From the NCBI RefSeq assembly GCF_009914755.1, contig NC_060927.1: DNA of 64,000 bases; one strand, written 5' to 3'. Numbering within the stretch: position 1 is the first letter of the stretch; the number at the start of each line of letters is the position of its first letter. The stretch is from the human T2T-CHM13v2.0 reference genome, Homo sapiens. The notes beneath the pieces are model-generated. The model did not search any database. It worked only from the letters and a program-made list of their open reading frames with translations, and was not told the DNA's origin. Below are positions 1 through 13,638 of the stretch, one piece after another. Made by a program: the position numbers and the translations under genes.

Positions 1-2064
1 TGTAGAGGTTTATATGCCAAAAAAGCAAAACCAAAAATGTATACTAATGTGTCAAAATAACATTTTAATGAATAGTTTTATGTATGATTCTATTAAATAT
101 TTTGGTCTTTATTAAAACATTATAAATAGTTTAATAATTTGTATAGCAACACACTTACATTTGCTTTATTTCACATTTATGATTAAAACATTGGAAAAGC
201 AGTTTAGTTTTAAATGCATTGGGAGGTTTTCAAAAACTCAGTTTATTTTGATATTTGGTTATATTATCTGTCACACAATGATATGTAGATAAAAATGGTA
301 GAAGAGTATTGGCTGAGCATAAATGTATTACTTTTTCAATTTGTATGTGCAAGTATATAAAGACTTTTGTTAAAATTGAGAGCTCAAAATTCTATCTTCT
401 TTGATGTTGCTCTTCTAAACCCAATTTTGAAAATATGTACATTTTATATAAGTAACAAATTGCTTCAAAGCCCGTTGTAAATCTTCATTTTGAAACATTT
501 TAAATAGATTAGAAGTTTTAAACTTTTTAAGAATAGATATTTTAAAGTACTGTTGTAAGTCATACAAATTTTAGCCAATAAAATCCTAAAATGTTGGGAA
601 ATATTCATATCTCAAAAGTGTTCCTAATTAACAGAAATTTCTTTCAAAAACATTATTTTCATACCCATTTTTGAATCATGACCTTTGCATTGCAGCAATA
701 GATTATATTTTCAAAATTATCTGCCAATGGTACACTACTGAGAGACATTTATCATAAAAATATTCAACAAATTTGTAGTGTTTTGCTGACAAATGCACCT
801 CATTTTTGGTTCAACCATTTTATATACTTTGCCACAAGAGAACCAGCATACTTCTCTGTGGTTAAAAGATTTTCAGTTTTTCATCATCTCCTTATAAAAC
901 AGTATAAAAGCCTCCTACTGCACATGTTTTAAAGATCTCGTTTTGTAAAATAATTATCATGAATGTCATCACGTATAACATGTACACCTCTGGCTTCTAT
1001 AATACTTCTCTGATGGGACGATTGCTTTCTTCTGAATGATATTGTAAAATTCATGCATGAAAACTTCTTTGTGCCCTTAGCTCAGAACACTTAGCTTTTT
1101 CCTAAATTAATTCAAAAGAGTCATTTACTTTTTAAAAGACATGCATTTCCAGTGCACCTTTCCTTTAGTAGCTTACCAAAAGCAGTTTTGATGCATTGGT
1201 TTGCAAAATAAAATGTAGAAAATGAAGTGAGATGTTAGAAACATCTGGGCTGTCATGCAGTTTTACAGTAAACCTCCCACAGTAAATAATTTTTCTAAAA
1301 ATTTTTATTTAGATCATCAATAATACACTGTAGTACCTGTCAACAATGCATACTGAAAAATAATGCATTTTTGTCTCTGTTTTGCTTTCTGTGTACTATT
1401 CTACCTAATTTTATGCTTCTGTAAGAGTTAATATTTCAACAATGCTATGTGGCCTTTGTCTTCCATTACTGAGTGGGAAACATGAAAAAATATCATTATT
1501 TTTCTGAAATACTGCCTTTGGGTCTCAATTCTGTCTTTTAATGTGGTTGTTCAATAAGAACTACTGGCATTGCCATTTCTTTTTATCAGTAACACATTCT
1601 GAAATTGTTGTTATTGGTTTTAATTACTAATTTTTTGTAGGAATACTAGATCAATTTTATGTTTTCTAAATATTGGTTCAGTTAAGATTAGAGACCAGAA
1701 TCTGTAAACCAATTTAAGTGGAAATATATAGACGGTCTTGTAATGCACCACACAGACGGTGAGGGAAGATGGCCCTCACAAGTACTCTGCCTGTGGAAAC
1801 CCAGCACTTCTTTAAAGCTATCCCACACGTTAACTGGCCGTGTGACTATCCAAGTATACAAGTTCTATTCCATGCATTAAATAATAAGTAGTTCATCTTT
1901 ATTGTTAGGTTAAAACAAACAGAACAAAACAAAACAAAAATAAGTCCTAATATTTAATCCCAATGCCACATTAAATTGTTTTGTGCTTGAAAACAACTCA
2001 AATAATGGAATGAATTGTCTAGTAACTCAATGGCACTCAAATGTCAATATATGTAAGAAATACT

Positions 2065-2215
2065 CTGGCATGCATTAAAATGCATATTCTCACACTCCAC
2101 TCTAGACCTACTGCATCAACATCATTGGGAGGTGGATGAGGCTTTACAACTGGGTTATTTTTAATAAATATTCCAGCTTATTTTAATAAATATTCTATCA
2201 ATTACACATCGGTAA
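2065..2215. mobile_element. MER5-like hAT-Charlie DNA transposon fragment
   Basis: 'ttaaaatgcatattctcacactccactctagacctactgcatca' resembles the MER5 core; highly diverged. Confidence 0.5.
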
Positions 2216-3066
2216 ATATTGACTTAGAGTATAGAAAGTAGTCACTGGAGTAGAACATATGAAGACACATGACTTTTCCAAAGTGCATAAGGGCAAATAG
2301 AACTACGTTGTTTCCCAACAAATAATTCCAACATTCTAAGGGTGGTATAGATGGAAATATAAATAGCTCCAAGGGTGCTTTATTTACATCGGGGTAATAG
2401 TTTATAATGCCTAAAATTGCAGGTCACGTTATAGGTAGAAGGAATCATAAGATACAAATATACTATGTTTTGGAACAGAATCATTAAGTATTTTTTAGTA
2501 GTATATGTCTGTGTGTTTTCTATGCCACAATTCAAATTTAACTTTATAAAATTTGCTTTTCCCCTCTTTTTAATGTTATAGCTACTAGTATTGATGAAGA
2601 TTTCACAATGTTTTCCTGTTGAGTTGGTTGTGCTGAGAGATAGCAAATTTAATTCAATTTGGATTACTGTTAAGATAATTAGCCTTGGGAGGCAGAGACT
2701 GGGACATTTATCAGTTCTGCAGTACTGTTGAGCAAAAATGATATGGAAGTGATTGTAGCAAAATAATGGTCCATATCAGACTCAAGGTACAGCTTTAGAA
2801 AAGAAAATAATTGAGTAAAAGAGCCACTAAGGTTAAGAGATAAGACATGTTTTTCAGATGAAATTGCACACATTACTGCAACACAATGACATTGAAAGTT
2901 TGGGCAGATGACAAGATAACTGGGCTCCCCAAAGACCAGGTGAGAGGTTAAAAAGTAAAATGTTTAGGAGTTACTAACAAGGTGATGATTAATGTTAAAA
3001 ACAAGAATCAAATTCTGTTATGCCATAATATTACAATTGGCTTGACCTTTAAGGCAGGCATCTGAT

Positions 3067-3087
3067 ATAAATAAATAAATAAATAAA
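3067..3087. repeat. (TAAA)n microsatellite
   Basis: Direct reading: ataaataaataaataaataaa. Confidence 0.85.
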
Positions 3088-4666
3088 GCCTCTAAATTAA
3101 GGCAAAGTAAATTCAACATTTCTATAGTGTGAAACTGATAGAAGTTTGGAAATTATAAACTATATATTCAGATTCTCTAACTTTTTGAACTAACCTTTAA
3201 ACTTATGTATGCTTTCTGTTTTAAATTCTTTCCTTCTTTATTTCTAATAGCAAAGGGAATGACATATGTTTGTAAAAAAATGTGTAGTGATACAAAATAC
3301 TTTAAATAACATGTACATCTACATCATGAACAAAATCTTCTAGGAAATGTTAAGTAGAAGAATTTTGATATAGCTAGAAGAATTAGCCTAGCTTAGTATC
3401 CGTAAATTTATGAGAATAGTCACACTTCCTGTTTGAAGGAATCCTCATTTCATATATCTTCAAATTTTAGCTAGACAAATGCATAACTGGATAATTGTAT
3501 TCTCTCAGAATCCTGTGGCATAATGTCAAGTAAACTAGAATTCAAGTTTAAATAATTCAACAGTGCTAAATGGAATGTTGTATATTGTCAACAGAAATAT
3601 TCTACAGTGAAAATACCAATTTATAAAGTTCACATGTATCTTACAACATGGCTTCCAAATATTGATCTAGTAGCCCCTTTTTATAAACAAAAAATAAAAA
3701 TACTACTGATCTCAGACTTATCCATTAGCAATTTGATAAATTTGAGCTTCAACTTTCTGTTCATCCTAGAGATAGGAGCTTTAGGTATTAATACTTTAGG
3801 TATTAATTAAATAGTAAGTAATAATTCAGCATAATTTTATCATTTAGCTCTTCACAGATTCCAAGCAATGAAAATTCACAAGAAGTAGTGTCAGTTTCTC
3901 TTGTTTTCTCCCCCATTGTCTATTTTAAGACACTAGGAATTTACTCTTAGACATAGTACAAACTTTCCCTCCTCTCAAATTAGACCAATATTGAACATAA
4001 GTTTAGGTTAAGAATTTGTTTTAGACATAAAATTAAGAATAGGGTTATGATTGACCAACTTTTATCGCATCAATTGGTCAACTGTGATTAAAAAATAAAA
4101 TGTTCTTTCATTGACAAACATCTTCTTTGCTTCTCTCGTTTTTGTTCCTTTTCTCTCATTTCCATTTATAGGCACATTGGCATACATTGTATTGGGGATA
4201 AAAATCTTTTAACTGCAGCATACGTTGCAAATACTTTCTCCCAGTTTCTCACTTGTTATTTTTGTTCATAACATCTTTTATTATATAAATTGATTGGATT
4301 TATCATCCTTTTATGTATTCTTTATGGTTTTGTTTCCAAAAAACATCAGGTTGTTATATTCTCAAGTGTCTAGAATCATTTTACTCTCTTGGGTCAAATG
4401 CACATTCTATCAAAATTGTATTTTACTCTTGGTCTCTTTCTACGTTTTTTGCCTTGGACTATTTTTAGTTATATTGCACTACTAAAAAATTATTAGTATT
4501 ATTAATGTTAGTGTTACTATGATGGAAGTGACCAGTTTTCTACAAAAGCCCCTTTCTCCTTAGCCAGTCTTATTACCTTACCCATCTTCCACTTCCTCAA
4601 GCACATATCTACTGAAATTGTTTAAGTAATTCATTTACTTGCCTATTTTAGTATGCATATTTGTTT

Positions 4667-5259
4667 TCTATTAGTTTCCTATTGTATTTTTTCTGTTTAG
4701 TATGTATATTATATACTATTAGTGTATTTCATATGTGTATTAGTATTCATATTGATATACAAATAACACATACTAAAATAGTCAAGTAAATTATCACAAC
4801 AATTGCCACAAAATTAGTGACTTAACACATATTTAATATCTTACAGTTTAAAAGGTCAGAAATCTGAAATGGATCTCACTGGGCTAAAATCAAGGTGTAG
4901 GCAGTGCTATATGCCTCCTGCAGGGCCTACAGGAGATTCTGTTGCCTTATCTTTTCCAGATTCTAGAGTATGCCCACATTTCTTGACTCATGGTCCCCCT
5001 GTATCTTCAAAACCAGCAATTTTATCACTTTGACTCTGCATTTGTGGTCATATCTCCACATCTCCATTTCTGCTTCTTACTTTCCTGCCTCACTGTTTCA
5101 CTAACAAGGCCCATCTGGATATTCCAGAATAATCCCACATCTTAAGGTCATTATTTTGATTACTTCTGCAAAGCCTCTTTTGTATTTAAGGTAACATATT
5201 CATAGGTTTCTGGGATTGGGAGACATATCTTTTTAGGGGTCCATTATTCTCCCTACCAT
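4667..5259 (-). mobile_element. MLT1 (ERVL-MaLR) solo LTR, MLT1C/D-like, interrupted at about 4685-4790
   Basis: 'tattagtttcctattg', then 'gccacaaaattagtgacttaa', 'gggctaaaatcaaggtg', 'aaggtaacatattcataggtttctgggatt', ending 'ccattattctccctacca'; all match reverse-strand MLT1 motifs. Confidence 0.8.
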
Positions 5260-5379
5260 GGTGTGAAAGTCTTTTAGTTAAAAAAGTCTCCTCTAATTTA
5301 CTGCTAAATCCACATCATGTGGAGCAATACATGGAATAGAACTATGTTTTTTTTTTTAAATTTTGAATATTTTTAAGAC

Positions 5380-5960
5380 AAAAACTTGGAAAAACATAAG
5401 GAGAACAATTTTCGTATAAGTATACTATGTGAAATTAAAGCAAATAAATCAGAACTTCCTGCCTTTTTCCCTAAATAACTTTCTCAGCAATAAAATGACC
5501 CACAAATTAAAAATTAAAAAACAAATTACAAAGTGGGAGAAAATGTTTACAACACTTACAATATACACAGGAAAATTTTCCAGTATACACAGCAGATCCC
5601 TAAAAATGACAAGATACTGATGTTTAATCTAAATAGTGGCCAAAGATATATACATTAAAACAAAAATGTATATATAAAAATATCAAATAATGTAGTATAG
5701 AGAAGGGGCTGTAATGTAATTCATTCATACTCCATTTGTGGAAGTGAAAAATGTATGACATTTGGAGGAAAAATTACATTTGTGAGTGGTTAAAATACTT
5801 CTACAATTAAATATTCTAGAGACATACTCACAAATGAGCACAAAAAAATCATGTTTTAAGCGTGTTTGTGAACCATGATTTTAAATAGGCAATATGTTGT
5901 AGAGAATATAGTTACACAACAATAAAGAGATGGTTGCATTAATATTCCTCAAAATTAAAA
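5380..5960 (+). mobile_element. Old L1M (L1ME-like) 3' fragments
   Basis: A-rich L1-like text such as 'acaaagtgggagaaaatgtttacaaca' and 'attctagagacatactcacaaatgagcac'. Confidence 0.5.
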
Positions 5961-7539
5961 TGAATGGGCTGTATCTATCTAGTATCTATCTATATATCAG
6001 CATTGAAATAACTCATAGAGTTTCCCTTTGTCAAGTTGTGTCACTGAAGTACCTGGCCTCACCTCCACAGGCCACTATAGCTGGTCCCATCAGATCTTTA
6101 GAGTATGTGGCTGCTCATCTGTGAAGATGATGCACTAACTAAGAATTATTTTATTGTGTACAACAAGGTAAACTCCATTTTAAAAGCCCATTCTCTTCTC
6201 CCCATATTAATTTTTAGTTTTACAGAATAAAGGGGGAGTAGAGTATTGGAAAAATCTTGACACACAAGTAAGTTTTGAGCATTCAAGCCAATGATGCAGT
6301 CCAGCTTTTCCTAGATTTTAGTTAGCAACTATTGCAGTTCCCATGTCATAGGAACCAAGAGTGGCTCAAATGAGAAAAAGAGCTGAGTCAGGAGAATATT
6401 TTAGTTCATTGGCCCATGAATGTAAATAGCTGTGTGTGGCTTGACTTGTCAACATTTTGAAAGCTATGTATTAGCAGATATTGCTTTAGATGATAGGAGG
6501 AGAGTTTGTATTGGTGTTCATTTCACTTTCTGTTATAAGCCATTACATGTTTATTGTATGCATTATCTTTTTCTATTTCTGATAGCCTTATTTCCTCACT
6601 GGTTTTTCATTCTGAGTTCACCAAAAATCTGAATTCAGAGTAATTTCAAGTAACATTTAGGTTTATTTTAAAAATGTTTTTCTAACTGAGCCGATTTTGT
6701 AGTCTTTTATCTGTCCCATCTTTCTCATACTTCCCTCCTGAGATACCTTTTCATGTCACCTTGTCTTCCTAAGCCTGATGGCCATCATCTTTAATGATAT
6801 CATTTCTTTTTTTTTTCCTTGGGAAACAAAGTGAATCTATATTTTTGTAGCATTTTTTTTTGTAGAATGCCAGACACTTCAACTGTCTCTGGCGACTCTT
6901 GAATTTCTAAATCTCATTTTTGTCTCATTCCCTTTTACTAGAACTCTCTCTCCCTCCCACTGTCTCTCTCTGCCTCTCATTCTTTTTCTTGCTGTCTTTT
7001 TCCTCCACCCTCACCCTCAATAGAAGGATGAATTTGATAAAAAATATTTATAGGTGAGGAATATTCTTTCTGTGTGGTTTTTCTTACTTCGACAATCTTT
7101 TAATGTTGTTGATTTTCTTATTTTTCTATTTATTTGGTGGTGGTTCATTATTGGTTAGCATTCTTTTCTGCCATCCCAGTTTTTTATACTTTTATTTATT
7201 TTATCATGTTTTCCAAGCTTATATCTCTTATCTCTGTACATCTAGGACCATACTAAAATGTATTAATATTTGGCAAAGTAATTTGTTCTTTTGATCCAAA
7301 TCTGAAAAATTTTTTGTTTGCTTTTTAATTTCCTCTGGTTGCAACAACTTGCATATCACAGTATGTCACACATAATATTTGTAATATAAACACAAGATTT
7401 CTCATCAAATTTAAGGAAATTTTTTGACATATAATTATACATATTGTCAAATATATTTTAAAATTTCTTGAATGTTTTGTAGCAATTAATAATAATAGTG
7501 TGTGGCTTAGTAAATATTATTGTAGAATATCTCATTCTA

Positions 7540-8165
7540 TATCAGTAGTCCAACATTGGAAGCAGCACAAATGTTTTTCAATGTGTGAATGGATAAACAA
7601 ATTGTGTTATATCATACTACAGAATAATATTTTGAAATAACAAATAACAAACTGTTGGTACAAAGTTTAATTATTTGAGTTCTAACTTGCATATAACTCA
7701 GAGGGATTATGCTGAATGGAATATGCCAATCTCAAAGGATTATAAAGTGCATGGTTCCATGGTTCCACTTATATAACATCCTCAAGGTGACAAAATTGTG
7801 GTGATGGAGAACAGACTATTTATTTTCAGGTGTTAGACATGTGAAAGGGTATGACTGTTAAGGGGTTATTGGAAGGATCTTGCCTGTGATGATAAAGGTA
7901 TTCTGATTATGATGATGGTCACGCAAATCTGCCTATGTGGTATGTGTTCACAGAACAAATCATAAAAAGTTTCATGCAAAAACTGGTAAATCTGAATAAG
8001 ATCTGTACCTGAGTTACCATTAGTAAATAGTCAATATCCTGGTTTTGACAATGTGCTATGGCTATATTAAATATTGTATTTGGAGAAAGTTGAATGAAGC
8101 ATACATGAGAACTGCATACCATTTTTAATAACTTCTTGTGACTTTTAAACTAATTTAAGATAAAA
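7540..8165 (+). mobile_element. Old L1M 3' UTR (L1MC/MD/ME grade)
   Basis: 'gtgaatggataaacaaattgtg', 'ggttccacttatataacatcctcaaggtgacaaaatt', 'gtcaatatcctggttttgacaatgtgctat', 'catgagaactgc'. Confidence 0.75.
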
Positions 8166-9611
8166 AGGCATAATACTGTTGAAAGAAAAAGTTGTATCCC
8201 TAAAAGAAAGACTTAGGGTAAGAAAAAAATGTTAATAAAAATCTAAGACTTGCATTAGTTGAAGCATTTTCACATTTTGTATCTCAGTTATCTCCTAATG
8301 CTATCAATCATGAGAGGAGCCAAGCATCATTACTCCATGCACAGTCAAGACCACAGTTGCATTCCAACTCAGAATCTGCGTTTGAAGGAAGAAGACACAT
8401 TTGAGCAAATTGTTGACCTAGGTATCCCCAAAAGAGGAAAGGGCTGAGAAAGATGGTAGGTGGTAGTTGAGAAATCTGGCAGCAGGTGGTAGGAAGTAAA
8501 GTCTCAGTGTGAAACCTAAAGTGCACAGCTGAGATTTCATTCGTCATTGTCATAGCAACAAGACAAAACGTATCTTGGTGGGATATTAGAACACTCAACA
8601 CTGAATAACACTGGTATTCAATCTTTGTAAGCTAATATCTTAGCCACCAGAGCTGGCATCGCATTTACTGTCATCAGGCTTCTAATTTCTTTCTATGTTA
8701 GATTAAGACTAGTCTCAGAACCTGGGCAAAAACTCTAAGGAGAGAACAAGTGACCTACCCATAGCTTGTAAGATCTATTTCGTAGTACCACATAGTACAC
8801 CATAAATAACCACATGCCTTATATTTTACATTTTCATGTTCATAATTCTGCAGAATCAGACTAAAATTAGATAAGCAATAAGAATAAACAATTCATATTT
8901 TTGTACTCAGCTTTTCAGATGACTACTTTTTCTGAATCATTATAATTTTCGATTTTTACATAATTTTTGTACATTTGGTCTGGCATTAGAAACAATAGAC
9001 TATGATTTATTTAATCACTTCCCAACATTAAATAAATAATGATCTCTTAACATGGAATTCTATTTTATTTTCATGACATGCTCTCCTGTTATGTATAATA
9101 GTATTCGTCTTTTAGTGTGATGTAGTCAAAGGCAATGAGAATAGAAATAAAGACCAGCCTACCGATTAAAAAAATATTTACTCCCCAAGTTGCCTAGACC
9201 TACTGAATGAGTTGTCACATTAAAACTGAAGTTTAATCAATCTATTGCACAATGGCAATTCAAAGCATTTGCTTCAGAATTAGAAGGCAGCAGAATCACA
9301 ATAACCGTGTTAGTTCTCTGAAATCCTAACTCTAGTAAATATTTTTCAAGGTTTTCTCAGCCCCCATATAGACATGTGTAATTTCAAACCAACATATTTT
9401 ACAAGGAAAATGTTTCTGAGTGGTACTGTTTAGCAATTCAAATTATATGTCATCAGAAAGATGAATCGAGAATATAGCTATTAAAGATAAGGAAAGGCAA
9501 TTGGAATCAAGAAAGGCACATACATTTCTTTCTAGCTGTCAGTGTTAAATCGGTAGAGAAATGATAAATGATCACTGTTTCGAGGAAAATTATAAGCTTT
9601 AAAAATACTTA

Positions 9612-9925
<314 letters not shown>

Positions 9926-10464
9926 ACATCTTACATTTTCATTTTACAATATTTCTAAAAAAATACTACTTTAAGTGTCTCGCCTGTCATGGGCACCAAA
10001 CCCTGCTTTCAATGTCAGACAGACTACTACAGAACACAGAAAAGATGTGTTGGAAACACATTCTTTCCTAAAAGTTCAGGGGCGATTGTACTACTTCACA
10101 TAACCCTTCAACTTTGAATACATTTAAATAGCACAGAATCTAATTAAAGGAGAATAAGCGACTCAGGTGGCCATCAAGGCCAGTAATTATTTTGCTGTAC
10201 TGCAAGTACAGATGAATAAGCTCCATCTTGCAAGTTCAATAATGTGTATTTAACAAATATATTCCTAATGTGCAAGCTCATGGCAGAGAATTTCTCCTTA
10301 GCAAGGAGACTGTCCCTAGGATGCCAGATGTTTCCTACACCAGAGCAATATTTCTGGCACAATCTTGGAATATCAATTCCAGGATTCGCTCAGTATCCTT
10401 TACACTTCCGTGTCATCCATGATGAATAATGTCTTATTACTGACCACATATATTGAAATTGCAT

Positions 10465-10580
10465 AACTGGCTTCTCCACTAGATTGAGAATTTCATAAAG
10501 ACCAAGAATGCCTTTAATCTCTGTATTTCTGGGGTCTAGTGCAGTGTAGGATCCTATCAGGTCTGGAATATATTTGTTCC
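10465..10580 (+). mobile_element. L2 3' end fragment
   Basis: 'ccactagattgagaatttcataaagacc...tgtatttctggggtctagtgcagtg...atatttgtt' follows the L2 terminus. Confidence 0.6.
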
Positions 10581-11601
10581 ATTTATTCTGTAGAAACTAA
10601 TTTTTAAGTAAAATAGTCTATAATACTCAAAAAGTGTGCTATTGATGATCCATAAAAGTTGTTACACAATCTTATTGATACAAATACAATTATTATTACT
10701 TTGATATTTTAAGAAAAATAAGATTTTAAAAGGAAAAAGAAAAATTTTTAAATATAGTAATTAAAAGTTAAGTGTTTTAGAAATTTTTTATAATCTGACA
10801 GACAAATTTTATGTCTGTTGAATCTAAAAAATAAAGATTTGGCCTTATGTATCTTTTCTAGTTATTCTGGATTCCTGGTTATAATAACTATTTCCCTGAT
10901 TATTTACTTTTATTACATCTTTAAAAGTATCAATCCATAATGTATTAGAAGAACATATGGAAATATAAACTCATACTTCATCAATGAGAATTTAAGAAAA
11001 ATGTTCTGGATTATTTTTGTCCACTATGCCTAATCCACATAAATCTGCCTTTGCCAATGGAGTTAGATTAATGCTAACTTAAAACACAATATCACAGGAA
11101 CAATCTCTAGTGTTTCTCTTTTGGTGCAATGTAGTAAAAGGCAATGAGACTAGAAATAAAGACCAGCCTATTAATTAAAAAAAAAATACTACCCAGGTTG
11201 CCTAAACCTATGGAATGAATTATTACAAATGAATTTAGGACACTTTGATAATGCTATCAAAAGTGACAAATGCTAGAAATCTGCAACTTTAACTACAGCA
11301 CACAGCAAAGATGTGTTGGAAACACATTCTTTCCTAAAAGTTCAGTTGCCATTGTGCTATTTGGCATAACCCTTGGACTTTAAAACAGCACTCACATTAA
11401 TTTTTAAAAGTTATTACTTAATATGTTGCAAATGCATAGCAGAGCCAGTCCCTCTTTCTGAGCAGACTGAACACATTCCTGTTATTTTTGTTTCCAACCC
11501 AGGGGTCCCGGTAGTTACTGCTAAGTAACTAGAGTTGGCAAGGGAGATAGAAACTAACTGCTATTTTGATACCTGTGAATTCATGGGGAGGAAAGCTTGA
11601 A

Positions 11602-11765
11602 ACAGCTTATCTCAACCTCAGCTCTATTGATATATGGGGCCAAATAATTTTTTGTTTTCGGTGCTGTCCTTGGATTGTAAGATATTTAGCATCCAGTAGC
11701 TGCCAGTGGCAATTCTTCGTCACACTCCATGCATCTATAAAAATTTAAAACATCTCCAGAGAAAA
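11602..11765. mobile_element. MER20 (hAT-Charlie) fragment
   Basis: 'tctcaacctcagctctattgatatatggggccaaataatttt...tgtaagatatttagcatcc...catctccaga'. Confidence 0.75.
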
Positions 11766-12424
11766 CAGACAACTTGAATTCTAGCTAATCAAAATTATCT
11801 GTGTGACCAAGATTACAACTTGCGTTCTTACATCTCTGGACCTCATCATCAACATGCGTTGAAGTTCTGAAATTCCATGTTTTCTGACTTTGTGAAGAAA
11901 TACCTTATTTTTATAGCATCTGCAATATTTATAATCTAGTGCATTAATCTGTCCTTGGACTAATATCATTCTATAAAGAAATATGACCTATTAAATGGTA
12001 GATTTTTCTATCTAATCTCTAATAAAGCTTCATTTCAGGAAATTAGATAAATAACCTAAATGCCATTGGCTTTATATCATATTATAATAAATAAGAAGCA
12101 TGTTTATAGATTGTAATAGAAAGCTATTACTTATGTGGGCATTTAATTTAAATTACACTAATTTTATAAAAAGGTAGCAGCAATAATATTCATCATATTC
12201 ACTTTTGGAATAGATACTATGTGGCTGCAGGCTTTCATAACCCGAAATGATGGATCAAGAACTCCTCGAGTTTATTTATTAAATTGAATTTACCCCAAAT
12301 TGCAGATGATGCCATTGATTGCATGGGTTTCTGATTCATTAAGATGTCTTAAAAATTGTCAAAGCAGAACCAAATGAAATTTGCACAATATTTTCTTTAC
12401 ACTTAACAGAGAGTTATAAACATT

Positions 12425-12510
12425 TTAAATTTTTTCATTTTTAATTTTTGTGGGTACATATTAGGTATACATATATATTTGCAGGGTATATGAGAGAACA
12501 TTTTGTATAA
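12425..12510 (-). mobile_element. L1MA extreme 3' end fragment
   Basis: 'ttttaatttttgtgggtacatattaggtatacatatatatttgcagggta' is the reverse of the L1MA terminus. Confidence 0.65.
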
Positions 12511-13638
12511 AATAGTATTTTTAAAAAGTAATAAACAATCATAAATGATTCTAAAAATACCACTTTTGTTTTCTAAACTTAGAATTGCTTTATGTCTACT
12601 GCTTATATATGTGTATGTGGAGGCCACATAATTTTGATTTTTGTGGTGGGCTGGACTTTCTTCTCTCCTTTATCATAATCATGTACATTTAGAACTTGAA
12701 TGTTAGAATGAGGGATCAAGCACTTTTACATTTGTTCACATCACACACACATACACACATTTGAAACCAAAATGAATAGGAATTTAGGTCACTGCCACTA
12801 TTGCATTGAGTCACCGATATACATACATAATGGTACATGGGATGGGAAAAGGGAGGTTCCTGAGAAATACCACATCAAATAGGTTGACATTATCTTGACA
12901 AGTAAAACATGCTCTGCTTCAAAGACTGAGGATCAGAGAGCAGGGATGACTCTGTATAGCAAGTAGCTGATATTAGAACTTCTTTGGACATAGAAGGTTA
13001 CTGCAAGTGACTGAGAAAATGGCCGTATATGTCAGAAAGGAAATATGCTTACCAAAAAATAAATAAATAAAAGAGTTTATGGGGTAGAGAAGAGGATTTT
13101 TTTTGGTTTGCATTTCCTCTGAGGGTAATAAAGAAGAACTTAGCATGCTTTAACTCCTCACTACCACCATCTCCCAGAAATCTTGTTTACTGTTGTAATC
13201 AGCAACCTTATGAGTGAAGGCCAATAGAGTTGTCCTGCCATGACCAAAGAGTGGGGGCAGCATCCAGTGTTGCTTCAGAGCAGAGTGAGAAGATCAAAAT
13301 AGAGAAAATCAAAATAGATTTACAGAAGGAATTTTGAGGTAACCAAGCCCTTAAGATGTATTGGGGAGGACAAACTGCATAGCTTGATTTGAAAAGTACT
13401 GTGGAAGTACTCATTCTCCCAGCAGGCAGCAGCAGGTCTGTATAGAGTTGTGTTGACTTATTTCAAGAGCCTGTGCATGTTCTGAGGAAAAGAAAAACAC
13501 TAATAAACTGGAATTCCTATTAGTGAACTGAATATGGGCTCAGAGGCATCATAAATTTGTTAGTTTAATATAAACATCGTAACATTTTCATCTATATATT
13601 AAGAAGGTCTCAAAACCTCAAGTTATAATGACTTCATC

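Noticed and set aside
4051-4081. ttgaccaa...ttggtcaa inverted repeat
   Set aside because: An 8-bp stem is expected by chance in 64 kb of AT-rich DNA.
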